Position numbers and translations under genes: made by a program
Source: Candidatus Uhrbacteria bacterium
GTDB taxonomy: Bacteria > Patescibacteriota > Patescibacteriia > JACQRZ01
Length of the DNA stretch: 32,839 bases
Assembly: GCA_016209345.1 (NCBI GenBank)
Contig: JACQWH010000026.1
Coordinates: 1 to 32,839, forward strand
Direction: 5' to 3'
Shown here: positions 1 to 7,700 of the stretch, one piece after another
Position numbering within the stretch: position 1 is the first letter of the stretch
How the letters are laid out: every line of letters starts with the position of its first letter
The notes under the pieces: model-generated
What the model saw: the letters and a program-made list of their open reading frames with translations, nothing else
Databases searched by the model: none
What the model was told of the DNA's origin: nothing

Positions 1-139
1 TCCGGCTCATTTCCAGCCAATTTCGCCCCAAAAATGCGCTGAACTCGTCGGAATACAGCAAGTATTCCTTCTCATTCATCATCATTTTTGGAACAAAATT
101 GTCATGGAACTGACCGGGAAGCTATTTTTCACCACTCTC
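1..139. mobile_element. Partial (left-truncated) MITE-like long-hairpin element related to 23674-23843
   Basis: Shares tccggctcattt, tttcgccccaaaaa, gcgctgaactcgt, ctcat..atcatc, tttttggaacaaaa and tgaccgggaagc with the 23674-23843 element. Internal stems: ttcca/tggaa, caattt/aaattg, ccaaaaatg/catttttgg, ggaatac/gtattcc. Right end is tttttcaccactctc. Confidence 0.65.
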
Positions 140-145
140 AAAAGT

Positions 146-174
146 ACTTTATCATAGTAAAGTAATTGTGTCAA
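146..174 (-). promoter_or_regulatory. Putative sigma70 promoter firing leftwards
   Basis: Minus strand reads TTGACA, 17 nt, TAAAGT with an extended TGn. Predicted start near position 139-140. Confidence 0.45.
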
Positions 175-237
175 GGGGCTGCGCTGGTTTATGATATTCT
201 TGACGTCAAGAAGGGGTTCGTATCATGTCGAAGGAAA

Positions 238-323
238 AGGTCTTCTCATGGAATGATAAGAAAATCCATTCAGTGCGTAAAACATGCTATAGCATGTTTT
301 ACGCACTGAAACACTATCCAATC
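238..323. repeat. ~85-bp repeat copy A containing a 42-bp perfect palindrome (269-310)
   Basis: ttcagtgcgtaaaacatgcta|tagcatgttttacgcactgaa. About 80% identical by hand alignment to the reverse complement of 16716-16800. Confidence 0.9.
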
Positions 324-346
324 ACTATTCACGATGAACCGATGGG

Positions 347-412
347 GAAATTGGTGTCAGAAATTGGTGTCAAGTCCGAATTTTGAACAAAATTCGGACT
401 TGACACCAATTT
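347..412. repeat. 25-bp perfect inverted repeat (REP-like hairpin) preceded by a partial direct copy
   Basis: aaattggtgtcaagtccgaattttg-aa-caaaattcggacttgacaccaattt (361-412); gaaattggtgtca occurs at 347 and 360. Confidence 0.85.
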
Positions 413-447
413 TGCCCTTTTTTAATCTTCTTGATACACTGTATTGA

Positions 448-523
448 CTGGATCTCCCCGATGGTCCGATGACTCCGCTGAGGATGCATAGCGGATTCCT
501 TCGGAGCCAGCGGGGGAATGACA
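448..523. repeat. REP/RPE-like hairpin of the CTGGATC...GRATGACA type
   Basis: Nested stems tccccg/cggggg, tccga/tcgga, tccgctg/tagcgga. Same ends as the right half of the insert in mutY. Confidence 0.55.
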
Positions 524-526
524 TAT

Positions 527-1201
527 ATGTTTCACAAAAAAAAACAGAAAAAGATATACCCACTTCTCATCGCGCTGTGTGCTTTCATAATCGGGGCGGG
601 ACTTTTTTTTGTTTTCCAAGAGCGGGAAGCGCCTCAGGCGGCTGAGCAGAACAGCGCTCCGCAAGAACGTACCGCGCAAGATGAGAATAAGCCGATCATC
701 AACGAGCACGATGGTATTACTGAAATTTCACTGGCAAACGCGGAGAAAATCGTCAATAAGCCATCTTTGGAGCAGCTCAAGGAGTTTCGCAAGCGAAGCG
801 AGGAGCTGGTAAAAGAGGCCGCGGAAAGTAGAGAGAAAAAAATCGTTCATTTGCGAGACGCAGAATTAGAGGTGCTCCCTCTCTATACCTTTGAAGAGCA
901 AAAAAGAGGATTGATTGGCGTTGATTTTTTACCAAAGGATTCCGGAATGCTTTTTGTATTTCAGATGGACGATGCGGGACGCGGATTCGGTACAAAAAGC
1001 ATGAAGTTTCCACTTGACTACATCTGGATGAACAGCGATCTGACGGTGGTCCATTTGACAAAAAATGTTCCACCTGATTTTCCCGGTACTATTATGAGTA
1101 TATGGCCCGCGAGATATGTCATCGAGGCAAACGTCGGATTTATCGACGCGAATGGCATTGCCGTGGGGGATGTCGCCACATTTGAACATATCCCCCATTA
1201 G
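527..1201 (+). CDS. DUF192 domain protein with N-terminal membrane anchor
   Basis: TM segment LLIALCAFIIGAGLFFVF. C-terminal GL..LP...GMLFVF, MKFPLDYIW, PARYVIE and GIAVGD motifs are typical of DUF192. Alternative start at 518. Confidence 0.85.
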   Translation: MFHKKKQKKIYPLLIALCAFIIGAGLFFVFQEREAPQAAEQNSAPQERTAQDENKPIINEHDGITEISLANAEKIVNKPSLEQLKEFRKRSEELVKEAAESREKKIVHLRDAELEVLPLYTFEEQKRGLIGVDFLPKDSGMLFVFQMDDAGRGFGTKSMKFPLDYIWMNSDLTVVHLTKNVPPDFPGTIMSIWPARYVIEANVGFIDANGIAVGDVATFEHIPH

Positions 1202-1209
1202 AGGAGGCA

Positions 1210-1299
1210 GTAGCTTGTAGCCAGTAGGTTATAGTAAAAGCACGCCACCCCTACCTTCTACCAGCTACCTTCTACCTTCTACAAGCTACCAGCTACTTC
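1210..1299. repeat. Inverted 7-nt periodic array (GTAGnnn x4 / CTACnnn x7)
   Basis: gtagctt gtagcca gtaggtt atagtaa ... ctacctt ctaccag ctacctt ctacctt ctacaag ctaccag ctacttc. Confidence 0.85.
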
Positions 1300-1306
1300 T
1301 TAATAT

Positions 1307-2254
1307 ATGGTTGTTTCCGCCTTCATCATCGCACTGTTTTTTCTTTTCTATCTTTTGGGTAAAAGTGCGGATGTTGTTGTCAAGCGTGTTCGGATTATCA
1401 GCGAACGGCTTGGCATCCATGTTTTTTTCATGGGGATTATCCTGGGATTGTTTACGACGCTGCCCGAGATCACCATTGCGGTCAACTCGCTTATCAACAA
1501 CATTCCCGATATTTCACTGGGGAACCTCATGGGGGGATTTATTGTTTTGCTTGGGCTTATCTTGGGAACGAGTTTAATAGCGAGCCGGCGCGTGCATACG
1601 GACGGGAATCTCATGCATTTTGCGCCCATGCTCTGTTATTTTTTTCTCCCATTCCTTTTTTTGACCGACGGAGAGATGTCGCGCATTGAGAGCTTCGTTC
1701 TCGTTGTCGCATATTTTGTCGTCCTTGTGCACGTCTATCGTTCGTATAAGAACGATATCACGAAAGACAAGCAGATTGTTAAGATTCGCACCGCAACGAT
1801 ATTGAAAGATATTTTCATCATTTTTTTTGGTATCGTATCGCTGGCCCTCCTTTCCACGGGAATCATTCGTCTGACTGAAGGGTTCTTGCTCGAAGTACAC
1901 GTCTCTCAGTTTCTTATCGGCGTGCTGCTTTTTAGTGTCGGGACGAATTTGCCCGAGATTATCGTGGCATTTCGCGCATGGCAAAAGTCGATGAAAGAGC
2001 TTACGCTGAGTAATCTGGCAGGGTCTGCATTGGCCGATCCGTTGGTCATTGGCATCATGTCGTTCATTCAGCCCTACCATCTTCAGGTCAATGCCGTGTA
2101 TTATATTTTTATGGCATTCAATGCTTTGCTTTTCATCCTTGTCGGTATTTTTTATAAAACAGGGAAAGTATTGAGCAGAAAAGAGGGGATTGCGCTCCTC
2201 GCAATGTATGGTATCTTTCTTAGTGCAGAGCTCGCATTTGGACTTAAAATTTAA
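1307..2254 (+). CDS. Ca2+:cation antiporter (CaCA, YrbG-like Na+/Ca2+ exchanger family)
   Basis: About 10 TM helices with two alpha-repeats: FTTLPEITIAV...GNLMG and VGTNLPEIIVA...SNLAGS. Confidence 0.88.
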   Translation: MVVSAFIIALFFLFYLLGKSADVVVKRVRIISERLGIHVFFMGIILGLFTTLPEITIAVNSLINNIPDISLGNLMGGFIVLLGLILGTSLIASRRVHTDGNLMHFAPMLCYFFLPFLFLTDGEMSRIESFVLVVAYFVVLVHVYRSYKNDITKDKQIVKIRTATILKDIFIIFFGIVSLALLSTGIIRLTEGFLLEVHVSQFLIGVLLFSVGTNLPEIIVAFRAWQKSMKELTLSNLAGSALADPLVIGIMSFIQPYHLQVNAVYYIFMAFNALLFILVGIFYKTGKVLSRKEGIALLAMYGIFLSAELAFGLKI

Positions 2255-2266
2255 CCACGCGCATTT

Positions 2267-2638
2267 ATGATCAACGAAGGAGAAAAGAGAGAAGAAGATG
2301 ACGGGATCGATAGGGTCGTTCGTCCAGAGCTCGATTCATTCCTTACGGGGCTGCGCGATGCCATTCGCGGCGCAAACGCGGCCGTACAGGCGCGGAAGGA
2401 TGAGCTGGATTCCCTGCTTGACAAGCTTGCGCAGGCGGAAAGCAATCTTGCGGCGCTTGAGCACGATTCGCGACGCAAGTATGAACAAGTGCAGGCCCTT
2501 GCGGAAATGGAAAAAACGCTGAGAGAGATTCAGCACCTCACGAACCAAATGGGGACTCAGAATGCGGAGCAGCGTATGACCATACAGGCGATGGTTCAAA
2601 GTATTGAAGAGATTCTCGAGGCGACGGAGGAGAAGTAA
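2267..2638 (+). CDS. Hypothetical coiled-coil protein
   Basis: 123-aa helical, heptad-rich ORF that fills the gap and ends 3 nt before rsmE. Confidence 0.7.
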   Translation: MINEGEKREEDDGIDRVVRPELDSFLTGLRDAIRGANAAVQARKDELDSLLDKLAQAESNLAALEHDSRRKYEQVQALAEMEKTLREIQHLTNQMGTQNAEQRMTIQAMVQSIEEILEATEEK

Positions 2639-2641
2639 TCC

Positions 2642-3406
2642 ATGCGGCGCCATCGATTTTATCGTAAAGATTTTGTATCGACACATACCCTGCTTGAGGG
2701 TCGTGATATCACACATCAAGTCAGTCGAGTGCTCAGAATGAAAACGGGGGAGGAGATTGTGATATGGAATGGGGACGGGAAGGAGTATGTGTTTATGGTA
2801 GAAACCATAAGCGCAAAAGGGGTTCGCGGGCGCGTTGCGCGCATTGAGGAAAATACTTCCGAGCCCTCTGTACGCGTGACGCTGTATTGCGCGTTGCTCA
2901 AACGCGAGAATTTTGAGACCGTCTGCCAGAAGGCGACCGAAGCGGGCGTGTCGGGTATCGTACCGTTGATGACCGAGCGGACCGTCAAGGTGAAGATACA
3001 TTCTGATCGTGTGAGAAAAATAATACAGGAGGCCGCAGAGCAGTCCGGTCGGGCGCGCATTCCGGTATTATGCGACGCAATGAGTTTTTCCGAAGCGCTC
3101 AAGACGTGCGAAGGGATTGAGAGAGTTATTTTTTTTGATACGGCACAAAATGACATTTCGCATGACAGGTGCTTGCCCGGTCCTCAGGCGGGGAGAAAAC
3201 CCGATGTGATACGGGATCCTTTGGCCCAAGGTCTCGGGATGGCAGAAATTATTCACATATTCATCGGCCCTGAAGGCGGATGGAGCGATACGGAGCGTGC
3301 GGCCGCACAAAAGGCCGGACTCGATACTCGGTCACTGGGTCCGTTAACGCTTCGCGCTGAAACCGCGGCAATTGTTGCCTCATATCTGGCGGCGCATGGG
3401 TTATAG
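2642..3406 (+). CDS. rsmE: 16S rRNA m3U1498 methyltransferase RsmE, with an internal insertion
   Basis: HQVSRVLR, QKATEAGV, EAAEQSGR, IFIGPEGG and LGPLTLRAETA SPOUT motifs. Confidence 0.95.
   Translation: MRRHRFYRKDFVSTHTLLEGRDITHQVSRVLRMKTGEEIVIWNGDGKEYVFMVETISAKGVRGRVARIEENTSEPSVRVTLYCALLKRENFETVCQKATEAGVSGIVPLMTERTVKVKIHSDRVRKIIQEAAEQSGRARIPVLCDAMSFSEALKTCEGIERVIFFDTAQNDISHDRCLPGPQAGRKPDVIRDPLAQGLGMAEIIHIFIGPEGGWSDTERAAAQKAGLDTRSLGPLTLRAETAAIVASYLAAHGL
3151..3244. repeat. Degenerate REP/RPE-like element inside rsmE
   Basis: Imperfect terminal IR tgacatttcg / cgggatggca. Right half gggatcctttggcccaaggtctcgggatggca resembles the GGATC...GGATGACA hairpins. Coincides with about 25-30 extra residues. 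Confidence 0.5.
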
Positions 3407-3416
3407 GGATCTCTTT

Positions 3417-3668
3417 ATGAAAATTTTTGTTCAGGTAAAACCAGGCGCACGCGAAACGAGCATCAAAAAAATCAATGAAACGTCCTACGCGGTTGCCGTC
3501 AAGGAGCGTCCCCAAGAGGGCAAGGCAAACGAAGCGGTCATCAAGGCGCTTGCAGGGCATTTCGATATGCCAAAGTCGCGAATCGATATTGTTCGGGGCC
3601 ATTCATCGTCGAGAAAACACGTGAATATCGATATGGAATATGCCAAACACGGAAAAGAAAAAAATTAA
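3417..3668 (+). CDS. DUF167 / YggU (UPF0235) family protein
   Basis: VQVKPGA, P.EGKANEAVIKALA.HF and IVRG.SSR.K motifs. ATG at 3417. Confidence 0.9.
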   Translation: MKIFVQVKPGARETSIKKINETSYAVAVKERPQEGKANEAVIKALAGHFDMPKSRIDIVRGHSSSRKHVNIDMEYAKHGKEKN

Positions 3669-4575
3669 AACATTTCAAAAAATAATCCTTGAGTGGTTTA
3701 CAAAAAATGGCAGGCATGATTTGCCCTGGAGGCAGACGCAGAATCCTTATCGGATTTTGGTGTCCGAAGTGATGCTCCAGCAGACGCAGGTGGACAGGGT
3801 AAAGGAGAAATATAGCGTGTTTTTAAAGCATTTTTCGACGCCTAAGAAACTTGCCGCCGCCAGCCCGGCAGAAGTGCTGACAGTATGGAAAGGGCTTGGG
3901 TACAATCGCCGCGCACTATATCTCAAGCGCGCGGCAGAGGCGATTATTCGCGACCATCACGGACGATTCCCGCGTGCTGTTTTGGACATTGAAAAGCTTC
4001 CCGGCGTTGGTCCTTATACCGCCCGCGCGGTTGCCGTGTTTGCTTTCAACGAACCCCATGTTTTTATTGAGACCAATATCCGGCGGGTGTTTATTTATTT
4101 TTTTGGAGATGTTATTCCGCCGGAGGCCATCGGGGGAATCCAGAAAAAGAATAATTATGGGCTGGATCCCGCCCTTCGGCGGGATGACAAGGGGCGCGAG
4201 AATGACATATCAGATAAAGAGCTTTTACCCATTATTGAAAAAGCGCTGTATAAAAAAAACCCGCGACTGTGGTATAACGCGCTCATGGATTATGGCGCGC
4301 TCGCGCTTGGAGATATTCCTAATCCTAACCGGCGCAGCCGCCACTACGCGAAGCAGTCGCGCTTTGAGGGTTCGCGCCGCTATGCGCGGGCGAGCATACT
4401 GCATTATCTTCTCAAAAAAAAAGCAACCGTCCGCGAGCTGCACCGTTTCTTTTTGTCCGATCCGCATCTTGAACGATATGCGGACACACATTCTATTACG
4501 GATATCCTCACCTGTCTTAAAAAAGAGGGGTTTCTCGATGTATCACACGACAGGTGGAGCGTGAGTACAAAATGA
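3640..4575 (+). CDS. mutY: A/G-specific adenine glycosylase, MutY-like, short Fe-S-free form
   Basis: RHDLPWR, ILVSEVMLQQTQV, WKGLGYNRRA, HhH LPGVGPYTA, ETNIRRV, ALMDYG. No Cys cluster follows ALMDYG. Confidence 0.9.
   Translation: MPNTEKKKIKTFQKIILEWFTKNGRHDLPWRQTQNPYRILVSEVMLQQTQVDRVKEKYSVFLKHFSTPKKLAAASPAEVLTVWKGLGYNRRALYLKRAAEAIIRDHHGRFPRAVLDIEKLPGVGPYTARAVAVFAFNEPHVFIETNIRRVFIYFFGDVIPPEAIGGIQKKNNYGLDPALRRDDKGRENDISDKELLPIIEKALYKKNPRLWYNALMDYGALALGDIPNPNRRSRHYAKQSRFEGSRRYARASILHYLLKKKATVRELHRFFLSDPHLERYADTHSITDILTCLKKEGFLDVSHDRWSVSTK
4110..4189. repeat. In-frame REP/RPE-like palindromic element inside mutY
   Basis: tgttattccgcc...ggaatccag-[AT-rich loop]-ctggatcccgcc-cttc-ggcgggatgaca. 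Translates as VIPPEAIGGIQ...LDPALRRDD. Confidence 0.8.
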
Positions 4576-4598
4576 GTGACATTTGGATGTCACTCATT
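4571..4598. repeat. 12-bp perfect hairpin overlapping the mutY stop codon
   Basis: aatgagtgacat-ttgg-atgtcactcatt; no U-tract follows. Confidence 0.75.
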
Positions 4599-4646
4599 AG
4601 AAAAGGAAGTTATGCACAGCACTGGGGCTTTTCTTTTTTTTATTGG

Positions 4647-4655
4647 TGCTATAAT
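4647..4655 (+). promoter_or_regulatory. Extended -10 promoter upstream of the giant surface-protein gene
   Basis: TGCTATAAT is a perfect TGn-TATAAT. Predicted start near 4662. Confidence 0.6.
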
Positions 4656-4705
4656 GCAAATATGAAGAAATATTTCTTTTCTCCATATTTTAATAATACA
4701 AATAC

Positions 4706-4742
4706 GGTGAAGACGTGTTCGGCGTCTTCATTTTATTTTTTA
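4706..4742 (+). terminator. Intrinsic-terminator-like hairpin in the leader of the giant gene
   Basis: tgaagacg-tgttcgg-cgtcttca followed by ttttatttttt. Confidence 0.5.
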
Positions 4743-4752
4743 ACATAATTTT

Positions 4753-7700
4753 ATGAGGCATATATTTCGCAAAGCTCGACGGTGTGTTGAGAGGGTCATG
4801 TACATTACGACGATAGCATCAACAGTCCTCTGGACGCTCGGTCCGGCAGCACTGCCGGCCAATGCGACAATTAGCATACTTACATCAGTCTCAAGCGCAA
4901 CAAGTGCGCAGACCATCGGGCCGTCGAGCGTACCAACGGCAATATTCGGCATTAACGCGGTTGGGGACGGCGGTGAGAATTTTACTTCATTTTCTCTTGC
5001 TATTACTCCGTCAGCCGGTTTTGTGATGAGCGACCTCGCTGCGCTTGGCACCGGTGCCAGCTCGGGTATTGCTCTCTATCGCGACGATGGGGCAACCCAA
5101 GGATCGTTTGATGCCGCTACTGACGCAAATATCGCCCTGGGTCTTCCGCCTATCATAACTGACGGATCAACTCGCATTTCAAAGTTGATGCCCAGCGATT
5201 CGGTCGGCGTGAGCGCGACAAATCAGGTGGTGGGTTCGGCCGGACGAGACATGAATTTTGTGGTTGGTGATCTTATTTTTGGCAACACAACGGCAAATTC
5301 AGCATCCCTCAACACCTATGATTGGCACGTTGTGACGACAGCGGAAAATATTACGACTGATGCTGCGCCAACAACCTTGCGCCTTGACGCAAACGCAGGG
5401 GGCGCGCCGACATTTGCGGCAAGCACCAGGATTTCGCAATTGACACCCGCATCAACCGGCTCGTACGTCATTAACGGAACGAGCAATACTACAACGCCCG
5501 CATTGACAACCGGCGACATTATTTTTTATCAAACCGGAGCAGGCGCAGGAACATGGGGAATGGTGACCGGTAATTTTACCGCAGCAGCGTCTCCGGTGAA
5601 TGGAGCAAATCTTGGAAATGCAACCTATCGCATTAGCAAGTTGTCCGCGCTCACGGGTTCGTTTGTTGTTTCGGGAACGGATACGATTACGGCCCCGGGA
5701 ACAGGATATACCACGCCAGTTGTTGGAGATATCGTTCTGTATCGTTCTGGCGGACAGGCACTGTGGGGCATTGTGACAAACGCAACCTTGACCAGCGGAA
5801 CGTTTGCCGTTAATAACGCGGCTCTTCCGCCGGGGACCTATCAAATTAGCAAAGTGAATGCCTATACTCCCTCAAGTGCCTTGACATCCGCCATTCCCAC
5901 AGATCAAAACGCTTTTAATACCAGTGATCTCGTCTTTGGCATGCCGACGCAAAATCCGATAACAACTTCATATAATTGGCATATCACAACTGGCGATTCA
6001 TCCGGTAATGCAGCTAATTTTCGTCTTGATGATCGCATGAGCGCTCCGGCGTTTGGATTCTCCGCAATGATTGCGACCGGTGGCGCAGAGCCGGTTCCGG
6101 CAAACAATACCGGTACTAACGAGGGGTCAGATTATTATGTTGCGCTTCGCACCTCGGCATCCGCAGTCAATGGCCACGCTTTTACCGCGGGACTTGCACC
6201 GGGGACATTTGTGCTGACGGGCGGCGTTGCGGGATTACCGACAGAGACGCCTTCACAAACCTATACCATTGCGACAACCGCTCAGCAGTCGCAGTCGGCA
6301 GGGGCAAACACCACGGTCATGGACATGACCAACGGGTTTCTCAAGCTCAAACAGAGCAGTAACTTTAAGGCGGTTGCGCGTGTTCAGTTTGGCAGTACTG
6401 AAAATACAAAAACATTGACATCCATCGCGATTTCTTTTGCCACTGCAAACAGCACAACGCCGACATGGACCGCAAGCGGTGCAGTATCATCAGAACTTCT
6501 TGACCTTGCCGCAACCGGCGGCGGTATCTCGCTATGGAAAGACGGGGGAACCGCAGGGTTTGGCTTGAACGGCGCCGGCGATACGCAAGTTACCCTGGCC
6601 GCAAGTCCGGTATATGGCGCAAGCAACGCGTTTACCATTACTCCGGCAACAGCGCCAACTATTGCGTCGGATGATGTGTACTTTATCGTACTGAAATCCG
6701 ATACGTCCGGTGTGGCAAACAATAATGCATTTACCGTGAACATGGCAACAACCGCCATTACGACCAGCGGCACATCGCCGACAATCGGTGCGTTTCAGAC
6801 ACCGCCGATCGTTATGGATACCACGGTGCCGACGATTGCAAGCGTGTCAGATGTTCCAGGCCAGACAACAAAACTCAGTGTTCGATTCAGCGAGCCGGTG
6901 CGGAAGCTTAATGATGCAGGAGCTCTTACCACATCCGATTTGACCTATACCAATGATGCAACAAACGGATCAGGACGAACCGTGAGCTCGATTTCCCATA
7001 GTCCGGGCGCGGATATTGCAGAACTCACCATGAGCGGCGCTCTAGCGGCCGGTGATTTTGACGGCACACCGTCTCGGTTGGCGGCTTCCGGAGCAGATAA
7101 AATAGAAGATATGGCAGGCAATGCCATGGCAACAACGGCAACAAATCTTGGCAGCCCCTTGATCATTACAACCTCGGTTATTCCGGCAACCTATGTGGCA
7201 GCAGTTTATGATGCCACAACACCGCTTGTCACGTTTGCGGCTCAAGGCGGGGCAGGAACCTATACCTTTGCGGGAAACACACAAGCTGATACGGATGCGC
7301 TTGTCGCGCTTTTGGGCGCAAGTCCCCTTGCCGGCGCCACAGGAAAGCTCACCGGTACGGTTCAGGCAAATACCGCAGGAACCAGGAACGTCACGATAAA
7401 AGTGACCGACGGCGCAGCCGCAACCGCAACAAAACAATTTACGATTAACGTCGCGGCAACGCAGGGAGGCGGTGTTCCCGGATTGACAAATGTCACGCCG
7501 CCATCAGGTGCGCAGAGCGCAACAAATCTGTCAATCGCTATTACCGGCACGAATACGAGTTTTACCAGCGCCAGCACCGTCGCATTCCTACTGAACGGAA
7601 CAGCCGACACCAATATTACCGTCGGAACAGTGACGGCAAATAGTGCAACATCAATCACGGTTCCCATCACTAGCATTGCGGCGGGCGCGACCGCAGGCGC

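Noticed and set aside
269-310. Palindrome as a dif (XerCD) or integron attC site
   Set aside because: It has no 6-bp spacer with asymmetric XerC/XerD arms, no RYYYAAC/GTTRRRY ends or extrahelical bases, and no integrase is present.
4610-4618. DnaA-box-like TTATGCACA suggesting an origin
   Set aside because: Single 8/9 match with no box cluster and no dnaA/dnaN nearby.
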